Positions 50,099 through 60,222 of a DNA stretch of 64,000 bases are shown here, piece by piece. The number at the start of each line of letters is the position of its first letter. Position 1 is the first letter of the stretch. The position numbers and the translations under genes were made by a program. The notes beneath the pieces were generated by a model. The model was not told the origin of the DNA. It did no database searches and worked only from the letters and a program-made list of their open reading frames with translations. The stretch lies in NCBI GenBank assembly GCA_044357345.1, contig JBIKPR010000003.1:23887-87886 (forward strand), read 5' to 3'. The stretch comes from Bacteroidia bacterium. Its GTDB lineage: Bacteria > Bacteroidota > Bacteroidia > NS11-12g > UBA955.

Positions 50099-51973
50099 AT
50101 GAAAAAGATATTAGGTATCTCTGCTTTTTACCATGACTCAGCGGCAGCAATTGTTGTTGGCGGCAAAGTCATTGCAGCAGCCCAAGAGGAACGTTTTACA
50201 AGGGATAAACACACACCTAATTTCCCCCAAAAGGCTATTGAATATTGTTTTCAAGAAGCCGGTTTCAATATAGATGAGTTGGACGCAGTGGTTTTTTATG
50301 ATAAGCCATTTTTAAAATTTGAGCGATTGCTTGAAACCTATTATGCCTTTGCTCCAAAAGGCTTAATGTCGTTTATTAAAGCCATTCCAATTTGGCTTAA
50401 TGAAAAATTATTCATAAAGAAACTCATAGTTGATCATTTAAAAGAGATACAATCATTTGACAAAAAAAAGTTAAAAATTTTATTTTCAGAGCACCATTTA
50501 TCTCATGCTGCTAGTGCATTTTATGTATCCCCTTTCAAATCATCAGCTATATTAACTATTGATGGCGTAGGTGAGTGGAGCACAGCCTCTATTGCTTATG
50601 GAGAAGAAGGTCACATAAAGCTTATTAAGGAATTAGATTTTCCGCATTCTGTAGGTTTGTTGTATTCAGCGTTTACTTATTTCCTTGGTTTTACGGTTAA
50701 TTCAGGCGAGTATAAACTTATGGGACTTGCACCTTATGGTGATCCAGATGCTCAACAAACGAAGTCTTATGTAGATATCATTAAAACCAATCTTGTGGAT
50801 ATTAAGGAGGATGGTTCTATTTGGCTCAATCAAAAATACTTTAATTATGCCACTGGATTAAGGATGGTTAAAGACCATAAATGGGAAAAATTGTTTGGTT
50901 TTTCGCGCAGAGATGACAAAGATGAATTGAAACAATACCACTGTAATCTAGCATTTGCAATTCAGAAAGTTACCGAAGAAATCGTAATTAAAATGGCAAT
51001 AGAAGCCAAACGAATCACCAATAGTGATTATTTATGCATGGCAGGTGGAGTGGCTTTGAATTGTGTTGCAAATGGGAAACTATTAAGTAAAAAAATATTT
51101 AAAGAAATATATATACAACCCGCTGCCGGTGATGCAGGTGGGGCTTTAGGTGCTGCATTGGCGGCCTCTTGTATGTATTTCGATGAGCCTAGAGTTTACA
51201 ATACTGAAAATCCAGCTTTTGATACTATGTCGGGCTCTTATTTGGGTCCAGATTATTCTGATAAAGAAATAGAACAAATGTGCCGTTTGGTAAAAGCAGT
51301 ATATGTTAAATACTCAGATACTCCGAAGATGTCTGAGTATGTGGCATCTAAACTTGCCGATGGAGCGGTAGTGGGATGGTTTCAGGGTAGAATGGAATTT
51401 GGTCCTAGAGCTTTGGGCAATAGAAGTATTCTTGGCGATGCAAGAAATCCTGGAATGCAAAAGAAACTGAATCTAAAAATTAAATACCGTGAAGGTTTTA
51501 GGCCTTTTGCACCATCTGTTTTGGCCGAAGATGTACAAGATTATTTTGATCTTGATTCAGATTCACCTTATATGTTGTTTGTGTCTTACGTAAAAGAAAG
51601 TAGAAGGAAGTCTTTACCAATAGATCTTCATACCATTAAATTATGGGATAAATTGTATTTCAACAGAAGCGATTTACAAGCAATTACCCATATCGATTTT
51701 TCAGCTAGAATACAATCTGTGCATAAAGAAACCAATCCTCGTTATTGGAACTTAATTAATGCCTTTAAGCAAATAACGGGCTATGGTTTGCTTATCAATA
51801 CAAGTTTTAATGTTAGGGGTGAACCGATAGTTTGTACACCTGTCGATGCATTCAGGTGTTTTATGAGCACTGAAATGGACTATTTGGTGATCAATGATTA
51901 TGTCTTTGAAAAGAAAGAACAAGTCGACTGGCAAAACAAAGATAAATGGATGCTTAAATTCAAAAAGGATTAA
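50099..51973 (+). CDS. Carbamoyltransferase (NodU/CmcH/NovN family)
   Basis: 624 aa. Motifs are MKKILGISAFYHDSAAAIV, EERFTR.KH, AGGVALNCVANG and NTSFNVRGEPIV. Confidence 0.85.
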   Translation: MKKILGISAFYHDSAAAIVVGGKVIAAAQEERFTRDKHTPNFPQKAIEYCFQEAGFNIDELDAVVFYDKPFLKFERLLETYYAFAPKGLMSFIKAIPIWLNEKLFIKKLIVDHLKEIQSFDKKKLKILFSEHHLSHAASAFYVSPFKSSAILTIDGVGEWSTASIAYGEEGHIKLIKELDFPHSVGLLYSAFTYFLGFTVNSGEYKLMGLAPYGDPDAQQTKSYVDIIKTNLVDIKEDGSIWLNQKYFNYATGLRMVKDHKWEKLFGFSRRDDKDELKQYHCNLAFAIQKVTEEIVIKMAIEAKRITNSDYLCMAGGVALNCVANGKLLSKKIFKEIYIQPAAGDAGGALGAALAASCMYFDEPRVYNTENPAFDTMSGSYLGPDYSDKEIEQMCRLVKAVYVKYSDTPKMSEYVASKLADGAVVGWFQGRMEFGPRALGNRSILGDARNPGMQKKLNLKIKYREGFRPFAPSVLAEDVQDYFDLDSDSPYMLFVSYVKESRRKSLPIDLHTIKLWDKLYFNRSDLQAITHIDFSARIQSVHKETNPRYWNLINAFKQITGYGLLINTSFNVRGEPIVCTPVDAFRCFMSTEMDYLVINDYVFEKKEQVDWQNKDKWMLKFKKD

Positions 51974-52128
51974 TATTTAGCAAAAAAGATCATAAAGAGT
52001 ATAAGCATTGCACTGAATACTAGCTCTTATTAGATAATTCAACAAGATCAAAATTTAACTATAAATAGAACCTCAAAAAAGGTATTTTTGTGTGAAAATT
52101 CAGATTAGAATTTAACTAAATTAATGAA

Positions 52129-52278
52129 ATGGAATTTATCGCAGAACTTTGGAAATATGTTAAACAAAGAAAAAAATTTTGGCTCTTACCAATAATTATT
52201 GTTTTGCTGTTTTTAGGCATATTATTAGTTATTGGCGGATCGACTGCAATTTCTCCATTTATTTATTCCATATTTTAA
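52129..52278 (+). CDS. Small membrane protein, SxtK/DUF5989-like (absent from the ORF track because it is under 60 aa)
   Basis: 49 aa: MEFIAELWKYVKQRKKFWLLPIIIVLLFLGILLVIGGSTAISPFIYSIF. It has one TM helix. It ends 3 nt before the next gene and sits between the carbamoyltransferase and the SxtJ-like gene. Confidence 0.6.
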   Translation: MEFIAELWKYVKQRKKFWLLPIIIVLLFLGILLVIGGSTAISPFIYSIF

Positions 52279-52281
52279 ATC

Positions 52282-52650
52282 ATGAAGGCAATAAAAAGTA
52301 ATCCAGACAAAACCACTTTAATAATATCAATGGGGTTTTTAATGGTCTTTTTGGTCTATAAACTAGATTGGGCCATTTTAGTTTCACTTATTGTTGGCTT
52401 GATTGGTGCTTTTTTTACAGGTTTAAGTAGGTTGATAGAAAAATTTTGGTTCAAGTTAGCTTATATCCTTAGCCTCATTGTCCCGAATATTCTTTTGGGT
52501 TTTATATTTTTTTTTATTCTCTTTCCACTTTCTTTCTTGTCTAAAATATTTAGAAAAAATGACCTACTAAAATTAAAGAATATTAGAACTTCTGTTTACA
52601 CAAATAGACTAGATACAATTGACAAAGCACACTTTGATAATATGTGGTAA
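52282..52650 (+). CDS. SxtJ-like small membrane protein
   Basis: 122 aa with three hydrophobic segments. Its position after a carbamoyltransferase and a DUF5989-like ORF matches the sxtI-J-K neighbourhood pattern as I recall it. Confidence 0.55.
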   Translation: MKAIKSNPDKTTLIISMGFLMVFLVYKLDWAILVSLIVGLIGAFFTGLSRLIEKFWFKLAYILSLIVPNILLGFIFFFILFPLSFLSKIFRKNDLLKLKNIRTSVYTNRLDTIDKAHFDNMW

Positions 52651-52699
52651 TGCTTTGACTGACAACAATCAATTATTTAATCAATAAAAAGCTATAGCA

Positions 52700-53707
52700 T
52701 TGCAACAATTAAACCAATTTCGTATGCAAAACATTTTAGAAAATCACCCGTATATTCGGGAGATTATTTTATTAGAAAATCAAAACCCTGATCGATTGGA
52801 TTTTCATTCAAAGGCAGAACATTTGTTAAGCAAAATGGGGGCCGACAATGAATTTCTAAAATTAGTTGTTAAACGCAATCTGGATGATACTGGATTTTTA
52901 AATCAAAAATGGAGTATGTATAATATTCCTTTTTTTTACATTTACGAAACACCGGATTTTTATTTAAAGATTCATTTTTTTCCAAAAATGGAACATTTTG
53001 TTAAGGGAACTGCAGCACATTGCATTCACCACCACAACAATTATATTTTAACCACAGCCGCAATATTTGGAACCGGATACGAAACGATACTTTTTGACAA
53101 AAAAATTGAGGTAGATCCAATAACGCTAAAAAGTAAATTAAGTATTGCAAAGCATTTTACGCAGGCTGAATTTCCTGTTCACAGAATTGATGCTTGGGAA
53201 CCCCATATTGTATTTAATCCTGAAAAGTTTTCAGCCACTTTGCAATTGTGGACACCTGAACAAAAGCGGTTAACGGATTCATTGCGCTTTAATCCTGTAT
53301 TGAAATTCATAAAACAACCCTTAAGAAAGTTGATTTATCTTTTTGGATTAGAGAAAAATTTTGGAATTGCTGCACAAAAAACTTTTCAGTGGTATGTGCA
53401 AGACAATCAATTTATGGCAATTGAGGAAGATGTATATTTTAAACCGACAAGAGAAGATGTTGGCCCATTGGTAAACAATTTCAGCATTCAAACAGTTTGT
53501 TATTTTATTCAGAACATGGGCTTGGTTGACAAATTGTTTTTAGCAGATTTTATAAAAGATTCTAGAATTCCTGCATATTACAAATCTTATGTCCAATCAT
53601 TACTGGATGATAAGCCAATTGAAGAAACATTTTGTAAGAAAGAAATCAATATCCCACTCAAGACATACACCATTCAAAATGTATTTGATGCTGCTGCCTC
53701 AAATTAA
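52700..53707 (+). CDS. Hypothetical protein with a His cluster (possible cupin-like metalloenzyme)
   Basis: 335 aa from the TTG at 52700; an ATG at 52724 is an alternative start. It has LKIHFFPK....GTAAHCIHHHNNY and later HRIDAWEPH. No family was recognised. Confidence 0.35.
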   Translation: MQQLNQFRMQNILENHPYIREIILLENQNPDRLDFHSKAEHLLSKMGADNEFLKLVVKRNLDDTGFLNQKWSMYNIPFFYIYETPDFYLKIHFFPKMEHFVKGTAAHCIHHHNNYILTTAAIFGTGYETILFDKKIEVDPITLKSKLSIAKHFTQAEFPVHRIDAWEPHIVFNPEKFSATLQLWTPEQKRLTDSLRFNPVLKFIKQPLRKLIYLFGLEKNFGIAAQKTFQWYVQDNQFMAIEEDVYFKPTREDVGPLVNNFSIQTVCYFIQNMGLVDKLFLADFIKDSRIPAYYKSYVQSLLDDKPIEETFCKKEINIPLKTYTIQNVFDAAASN

Positions 53708-53709
53708 TT

Positions 53710-54909
53710 ATGCGATTAATCTACTACTCACCCCATCCTACACACGACCTAGTTAGTGAGGTTGGTTATTCAACACATCAAAGAGAAACAATAAATGCAT
53801 TGAAAGATCTTGGGGTTGAAGTTCTACCAGTTGTGATGGGTGGTTCACAAGTTTCAGAATTGCAATACACTGAAGGAAAAGCAATTGAACATAATGGGTT
53901 AAAGTATTATATCAAGAAGATCACGCCTAGGTTCATTTGGGTGTCTATTAAAGATTTTTTCTTATTACAACACGATAAAAAAGCTGGTCGCATACTGAAC
54001 CAAGCAATTTTAGATTTTAAAGCTGATATTGTATATGAACGCTCAGAATACTTGCAAGATAGTGGAGTTAAGCCTGTTAAATCTCACAAAATTAAATATT
54101 TTATTGAGGTAAATGCCCCCTTTGTCGAAGAGATGATAGCCATGGAAGGCCGTTCAATATGGATTAGTTTGGCACATAAAAAGGAGAAAAAAAAGTACAA
54201 AAATGCAGATAAAATATTTGTGGTATCTAGTGCCTTAAAAGATTTTATTGTAAAACGCTATAAAATTGACCCGGATAAAATTATTATTTCCCCAAATAGA
54301 ATTAACCCTGATTTGTTTTTGAAAAATACGATAAGTGAGAAACCAAATAATTTAATCGACTTTAAGGATTCAACTGTAATTGGTTTTGTTGGTTCTATAT
54401 TACCCCACCATTATGTCGATGTTCTCATTGAAGCCTTTAATAAAGTTATCAAATTAGATAAAAAGGCAAGTTTGTTAATCATTGGGGAGGGTGCCCTCTT
54501 GAACCAATTAAAAAGCATGGTAAACCAGTACGGTCTAAATGACCAAGTTTTTTTTATCGGTAAAGTGCCTCACCATCAAGTTCACAATTATATTAATCAA
54601 ATGGATGTTTGTGTGATGCCTGGTTCTAATTGGTATGGTTCGCCAATAAAAATTTTTGAATATGCTGTTCTTGGAAAGGCCATTGTAGCGCCTGATAATT
54701 CGCCATTAAGAGATGTAATGGTAAACGGCGAAGATGGTATCCTGGTTGAAACAAATGCAGAAAAACTGGCAATTGCATTTATTGATTTAATAGATTCAGC
54801 CGAACTGCGTGCTACATTGGGTAATAAATTTAAAACCAAAGTACTTGCCGATTATACATGGAAAAGTGCAGCAAAAATGATCATTAACGCTGCCGAAAAT
54901 CACTTATGA
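53710..54909 (+). CDS. Glycosyltransferase family 4
   Basis: 399 aa. It has GFVGSILPHH and the C-terminal MPGSNWYGSPIKIFEYAVLGKAIVAPDNSPLRDVM. Confidence 0.8.
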   Translation: MRLIYYSPHPTHDLVSEVGYSTHQRETINALKDLGVEVLPVVMGGSQVSELQYTEGKAIEHNGLKYYIKKITPRFIWVSIKDFFLLQHDKKAGRILNQAILDFKADIVYERSEYLQDSGVKPVKSHKIKYFIEVNAPFVEEMIAMEGRSIWISLAHKKEKKKYKNADKIFVVSSALKDFIVKRYKIDPDKIIISPNRINPDLFLKNTISEKPNNLIDFKDSTVIGFVGSILPHHYVDVLIEAFNKVIKLDKKASLLIIGEGALLNQLKSMVNQYGLNDQVFFIGKVPHHQVHNYINQMDVCVMPGSNWYGSPIKIFEYAVLGKAIVAPDNSPLRDVMVNGEDGILVETNAEKLAIAFIDLIDSAELRATLGNKFKTKVLADYTWKSAAKMIINAAENHL

Positions 54910-56045
54910 GAATTTTATTATTGACGGATGGTACTTACCCTTTTGCAATGGGTGGTATGCAAAAACATTCGTTTTATTTGTTCAATTATTTGCTGAAAAA
55001 CAAGCATGACGTTAGTATAGCCCATTGTCCAGATTCAACTATTTTAGATTCAGAAATTACACATGCAAGCAAAGATATTTTTTTAAGTAATGCAGATAAG
55101 GTTTTTGCACTTCAATTCCCCAAAATAGCAAAGTTTCCAGGTCATTACATCCTTGCTTCTTGGCTATACAGCGATAAGTTGTATAAGCATTACCAAGCCA
55201 ATTTAGATGATTTTGATTTGATTTATGCCCAGGGATTTACAGCATGGCGTTTCTTGCAAAAAAGATCTAATTTAATTTCCACACCAGTTCTGGTTAATTT
55301 ACATGGATTTGAAATGTATCAAAAAGCTTATTCTTTAAAGGAAGCAATAGAAAAGTTCATTTTAAAAATTCCAGCATATTACATCATTAGAAAAGCTGAT
55401 TATTTACAATCTTTAGGCGGCCGAATCACTCAATTAATAGGTTCTGTTTATAGTAAAGCAAAGATTTTGCAATGCAGTATTGGAATCGAAGAATCTTGGA
55501 TAAGAACGTCTATTAATCCTTGTTTTGGAAATCAAAGAAAGTTCTTATTTATAGGGCGAATGGAACATAGAAAAGGACTTCATTTACTCAATCAACTTTT
55601 ACCGACTTTGTGCAATGACAATCGGTTTGAAATGCATTTTATTGGTCCAATACCAAGCGAGTTCCAAATAAACCATGAACAAATTCATTACCATGGTAAA
55701 ATTAACGATGAGAATAAGATTACTGAAGTATTGGATCAAATGGATGTATTGTTATTGCCTTCTTTATCAGAGGGAATGCCAACCGTAATTTTAGAGGCTA
55801 TGGCAAGGTCATGTGCAGTTATCGCTACAGATGTCGGGGCTGTCTCTGAGCTCGTTGATAGCAGCAATGGAGTGCTTGTGCCTTCGAACGACACAGAGGC
55901 GTTGAAATCTGCTATTTTATCAATCTTAAATACGAGTAATTGTAAGCTCGAAACATTAAAACAAGCATCTTTAGATCGCGTTCAAAACTATACTTGGAGT
56001 AAGGTCATAGAGCGCCAAATTTCTCAATTTAAAACTACGCAATAA
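54906..56045 (+). CDS. Glycosyltransferase family 4
   Basis: 379 aa. It has MRILLLTDGTYPFAMGGMQKH and LPSLSEGMPTVILEAMARSCAVIATDVGAVSELV. The start overlaps the upstream stop as ATGA. Confidence 0.85.
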   Translation: MRILLLTDGTYPFAMGGMQKHSFYLFNYLLKNKHDVSIAHCPDSTILDSEITHASKDIFLSNADKVFALQFPKIAKFPGHYILASWLYSDKLYKHYQANLDDFDLIYAQGFTAWRFLQKRSNLISTPVLVNLHGFEMYQKAYSLKEAIEKFILKIPAYYIIRKADYLQSLGGRITQLIGSVYSKAKILQCSIGIEESWIRTSINPCFGNQRKFLFIGRMEHRKGLHLLNQLLPTLCNDNRFEMHFIGPIPSEFQINHEQIHYHGKINDENKITEVLDQMDVLLLPSLSEGMPTVILEAMARSCAVIATDVGAVSELVDSSNGVLVPSNDTEALKSAILSILNTSNCKLETLKQASLDRVQNYTWSKVIERQISQFKTTQ

Positions 56046-56088
56046 ATTCTAAATTAATAAAAACAAATGGCATAAGGAAATTCTGTTT

Positions 56089-57423
56089 TTACTTAATTAT
56101 TTGCGGCACAATCATTGCCCTTTTTTGATTTTTCCTTTCAGCAATCCGTTTACTTACAATTTTATAACTTAAATAATAAATAAAGAAAAATAGGAAAAAC
56201 CCATTCCCAAAATAATTTCCGGTTCGTATAAGTCTAACAATAAATAAAATGAATATCCCTTGGTTGATGAGCAAATAATCTCTGAGTTCGGGGTATTTAT
56301 AACCTTTTTTAAGCAATAAGAATCGAAACATAAAGAAAAAGAAAAGGGATAAACCCAAAATCCCAGTTTCAGACATTAACCTTATATATAATGAATTGGC
56401 ATCTGCCATGTTGAACACACCATAGCGCTTAATAAAATCTTCATCGAAAAACAATCCAAAATATTTCTTATAATTTGCTTCATGCGTCCCAATACCCGTT
56501 CCTGTGAGTGGCCAAGTTTCAAACGAGTGTTTGGCTATGACATAATTAGAATACAAGGCAAAACTACTAGAATTCAAAACAGATATTTCTTTTTTTGAAG
56601 TGTTGTTGTTAGAAAAGGCACTTAAGGTTTGGGTGTATTTAATATTAAATTCATTCCAACTTTTTTGAATGTTAGCAAAACCAAACCCAATCGCTATTAA
56701 AAGAAAGGGTAAAAGTATTATTTTCCAACTCGTGAAGGATAAGTACTTCTTATTGTAAAGCCAAAAGAAAAAAATTGCACCAATCCCTAAAAAACTTGCT
56801 GAGGAAAAGGTGAATATAAAGCAAGTTGCAATTGCGCCCAAAATGGTAATATTTTTATATTTGCTTATTACTTTTTCAAAAATTGTGGTCTTGTAAAACG
56901 CAAAGTACATTGCAGGTATAATTGCCGCCGCAAGGAAATATGGTTCTCCCATTATGCCATAAATTCTATAAAAACCCGCAGAAGTGATTTTCATTTTTTC
57001 ATTAATGTGAATTCCAACGATATTAAGTGCTTCCTCTAATAAACCCTCCAATGAAACTAAAAAAGCCAAAAAAACATACATTTTAAATATACGCCTTATC
57101 TCAAAATTGTTGTAAGCCAAAAAAGTGTAGTAAGCGATAGAGGTGAAGAATAAGCCAACCAATTGTTTTGTAACCGACAATGTGTAAGTGTCTTCAATAA
57201 ATGTAACAATCAATGTTGCAGAAATTATCAAACTTATTGAAGCGATAAACCAACGTGGCAACAATTTGATAGAGCTACTTGAATTGATATAATAAATAAT
57301 GCTAGCTGCAAAAATCAAATAATAATAGTAAAAATCAAATGGCAATTGACGGCGCAAAAAGATAAAATCATCCATGAATACAGAGGCAACCATCGCCCAG
57401 CTAATTAGTTTTTTGAAATTCAT
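56089..57423 (-). CDS. O-antigen polymerase/ligase-like (Wzy_C-type) polytopic membrane protein
   Basis: 444 aa with about 11 hydrophobic segments and one larger loop. It is the only minus-strand gene inside the locus. Confidence 0.5.
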   Translation of the reverse strand: MNFKKLISWAMVASVFMDDFIFLRRQLPFDFYYYYLIFAASIIYYINSSSSIKLLPRWFIASISLIISATLIVTFIEDTYTLSVTKQLVGLFFTSIAYYTFLAYNNFEIRRIFKMYVFLAFLVSLEGLLEEALNIVGIHINEKMKITSAGFYRIYGIMGEPYFLAAAIIPAMYFAFYKTTIFEKVISKYKNITILGAIATCFIFTFSSASFLGIGAIFFFWLYNKKYLSFTSWKIILLPFLLIAIGFGFANIQKSWNEFNIKYTQTLSAFSNNNTSKKEISVLNSSSFALYSNYVIAKHSFETWPLTGTGIGTHEANYKKYFGLFFDEDFIKRYGVFNMADANSLYIRLMSETGILGLSLFFFFMFRFLLLKKGYKYPELRDYLLINQGIFILFIVRLIRTGNYFGNGFFLFFFIYYLSYKIVSKRIAERKNQKRAMIVPQIIK

Positions 57424-57456
57424 GAATTAAATATAATCTTTGCAAAAGTAAAAATT

Positions 57457-58506
57457 TTGCGCGTATTAATACTATATACTGAGTTGGCTGGTTATGTTCT
57501 TGGAAATTTTAAGCAATTTTTATATCTAAATCCTGATGCAGAACTGCTTGTTGTTCATTATCCTGTCAATTCGGAAGCACCCTTCAATTTTGAATTGTTT
57601 CAAAGGACAAAATTCATTGTTTTTGATGAGAATAAACTTGAACAAATAAGTTTAACCATTTTAGATTTTAAACCCGATGTTGTATTATGTTCTGGTTGGG
57701 GTAATAAAGTATACCTAAATTGGGTAAAAAATTTAGATAAGCATGTAAAAAAAGTAATTTGTTTTGATAACCAATGGAATGGAAATTTTAAGCAAAGGAT
57801 TCTTTCATTGTTTTCAAGGTTTACTTTTTTGAAAATGTTTCAATTTGCTTGGGTACCTGGTGCTCCTCAGAAAAAATATGCTATCAAAATAGGTTTTAAT
57901 GAGAATAATATTTTCACTGGTCTTTATCCAGCTGATTCCAAATTATTTATTCCAATTGGTAAACATAAGCTATCACAAAGAGGGGTTTACCCTAAAGTGA
58001 TGCTTAGCGTTGCCAGATATATTACTCAAAAGGATCTACCGACCATGTGGGAGGCATTCATAGAGGCCAATCATTCTACTGGCGAAAAATGGTCGATGCA
58101 ATGTATTGGATTTGGCGAACAATTTGATCAACGGATCCAACACGCGTCAATTTCACATTTGGGATTTAAGCAGCCAACTGAAATAGAATCATATGCATTA
58201 AATGCAGGCGTATATGTCTTACCAAGCACATATGAGCCATGGGGTGTTGCTGTGCATGAAATGGCCCTGAGCGCTTTGCCAATGGTGTTAAGCGATAAGG
58301 TTGGTGCTGCGACTATGTTTCTTAATAAGAGCAATGGGTACAGTTTTCCTGCCGGAGATAAAGAAAAACTCAAAGATGTGCTGAAAACAATAATGACTCT
58401 AAGCGACCAGCAACTATGGGAAATGGCTGAGGCTAGCTATAATAGCGGTTTGCAATTGAGTAGCGACAATTGGGCAAGCACGTTACATACAATTCTTAAA
58501 AAATGA
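57457..58506 (+). CDS. Glycosyltransferase family 4
   Basis: 349 aa with a TTG start. It has MRVLILYTELAGY and LPSTYEPWGVAVHEMALSALPMVLSDKVGA. Confidence 0.8.
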   Translation: MRVLILYTELAGYVLGNFKQFLYLNPDAELLVVHYPVNSEAPFNFELFQRTKFIVFDENKLEQISLTILDFKPDVVLCSGWGNKVYLNWVKNLDKHVKKVICFDNQWNGNFKQRILSLFSRFTFLKMFQFAWVPGAPQKKYAIKIGFNENNIFTGLYPADSKLFIPIGKHKLSQRGVYPKVMLSVARYITQKDLPTMWEAFIEANHSTGEKWSMQCIGFGEQFDQRIQHASISHLGFKQPTEIESYALNAGVYVLPSTYEPWGVAVHEMALSALPMVLSDKVGAATMFLNKSNGYSFPAGDKEKLKDVLKTIMTLSDQQLWEMAEASYNSGLQLSSDNWASTLHTILKK

Positions 58507-59651
58507 CGAAAGACAATCAAGCAAAAACGATTGTTATATTTACGGATTGGTATGTGCCGGGCTTTAAGGCAGGTGGACCAATTCAATCAGTATTTAATTT
58601 AGCTGAGCTACTTAGCAAGGATTTTCATGTAAAAGTGGTAAGCAGAAATACAGATCTAAATTCAAATCAAGCATATCAAAATGTACTGTTTGATCAATGG
58701 GTATCAATAGGTAAGCAACATGAGGTATTGTATATCAGTCAAGAAAAATTGGGATTTAAAGTAATTAAACAAATTATTAAAGAAAATACAAATAATATAA
58801 TATTAATCAATGGGTTATTTTCATTTTATTTTAGTTTTTTACCAGCCCTTTTATGTATTTCATTTCCTGTCCGAAAGGTCTTTATTGCTGTAAGAGGCAT
58901 GCTACACACATCTGCATTGTCTGTAAAACCATTAAAAAAACAATTGTTCTTAACTTTTGCCAGAGGATTGGGTTTGTATCAGAAACCAGTTATGCTGGCC
59001 ACTAATGCAGAAGAAATTGAAGAAATAAAGAAATCTCTTGGAAAGGTAAGGCCAGTAATTGCCCCTAATATTCCAATGGTTTATGAAGACCTAAAGCCAA
59101 GTGTTGAAAGAGATAGTAAATTGTTCACCTTGGCTTTTATTGGAAGAATTGCACCTGAAAAAAACCCATTAATACTTATCGAAGCCCTGAAAAAAATTCA
59201 AAATCCATTAAGGGTAATTTTCTGTGGAGATTCTAACAATGAATCATATTTAAATAGTTTTAAAGAGCAGCTAAGTGCTCTCCCTACTCATATAAATTAT
59301 GAATACCACGCTGAAATGTCGCACAAAGATATTCAAAATTTATTGCCAGAAATAGATGTAATGGCATTGCCAAGTCTAGGAGAGAATTTCGGCCATGCCA
59401 TTTATGAAAGTCTAGTTGCTGGGGTTCCAGTTATTATTGGCAATAATACACCATGGAAAAATATGGAGAATAAACTTGCCGGAATAGAAATAGATCCGAA
59501 AGATGCCACAGCTCTTAAAGATGCTGTAAATAGATTTATGACAATGAATAAGGCAGATTTCGAACAATGGCGTATAGCGGCCAATAAGGTTGCATTTGAT
59601 TATAATTCTGCGAATAATTTCAGGCAAATTTATTTAGATTTGTTTTCTTGA
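58503..59651 (+). CDS. Glycosyltransferase family 4
   Basis: 382 aa. It has IVIFTDWYVPGFKAGGPIQS and LPSLGENFGHAIYESLVAGVPVIIGNNTPW. The start overlaps the upstream stop as ATGA. Confidence 0.8.
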   Translation: MTKDNQAKTIVIFTDWYVPGFKAGGPIQSVFNLAELLSKDFHVKVVSRNTDLNSNQAYQNVLFDQWVSIGKQHEVLYISQEKLGFKVIKQIIKENTNNIILINGLFSFYFSFLPALLCISFPVRKVFIAVRGMLHTSALSVKPLKKQLFLTFARGLGLYQKPVMLATNAEEIEEIKKSLGKVRPVIAPNIPMVYEDLKPSVERDSKLFTLAFIGRIAPEKNPLILIEALKKIQNPLRVIFCGDSNNESYLNSFKEQLSALPTHINYEYHAEMSHKDIQNLLPEIDVMALPSLGENFGHAIYESLVAGVPVIIGNNTPWKNMENKLAGIEIDPKDATALKDAVNRFMTMNKADFEQWRIAANKVAFDYNSANNFRQIYLDLFS

Positions 59652-59669
59652 TTAGATTTGTTCCAATAA

Positions 59670-60221
59670 ATGAAAAATACAGTACAACTAAACACCTATA
59701 ACAATGATTATTTTAACCCCGGGGCAGGGAGGTTTAAAAGAGCTTGTTGGCATATAGTAAATGCGGTTTTTTTTAAATCATTTTTTCATTTCTATGGATT
59801 AAAGGTGCTTTTATTGAAATTTTTTGGGGCTGAGATAGGAATAAATGTGCTTATTAAACCCAATGTTAATATCAAATACCCTTGGAACCTAATCGTTGGA
59901 AATAATGTATGGATAGGTGAAGAAGTTTGGATAGATAATCTTGTTACTGTTCAAATAGGAAACAATGTTTGTGTTTCACAAGGCGCCATGCTTTTGTGTG
60001 GCAATCATAACTTTTCTAAACCTACATTTGATTTAATTACTGGAACAATTATTCTTGAAGATGGGGTCTGGATTGGCGCAAAAAGCATAGTGGGACCCAA
60101 AGTAGTTTGTCATTCTCACAGTGTTCTGAGTGTAAATAGTGTAGCAAGTAAAGATTTACAGGCTTACAGTATTTACAGAGGAAATCCTGCTCAATTAATA
60201 AAAGAAAGAATTGTTGAATAA
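59670..60221 (+). CDS. wcaF: WcaF-family polysaccharide O-acetyltransferase (hexapeptide repeat)
   Basis: 183 aa. It is colinear with E. coli WcaF as I recall it. Shared segments are LLKFFGAEIGINVLIKPNVNIKYPWNLIVGNNVWIGEEVWI and the tail YRGNPAQLIKERI, compared with CRGNPAVVIRERV. Confidence 0.7.
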   Translation: MKNTVQLNTYNNDYFNPGAGRFKRACWHIVNAVFFKSFFHFYGLKVLLLKFFGAEIGINVLIKPNVNIKYPWNLIVGNNVWIGEEVWIDNLVTVQIGNNVCVSQGAMLLCGNHNFSKPTFDLITGTIILEDGVWIGAKSIVGPKVVCHSHSVLSVNSVASKDLQAYSIYRGNPAQLIKERIVE

Positions 60222-60222
60222 T

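Noticed and set aside
56046-56088. A bidirectional terminator between the convergent GT4 and Wzy-like genes.
   Set aside because: Only a 7-bp all-A/T stem (AAAAACA...TGTTTTT) with a long loop is present, which is too weak.
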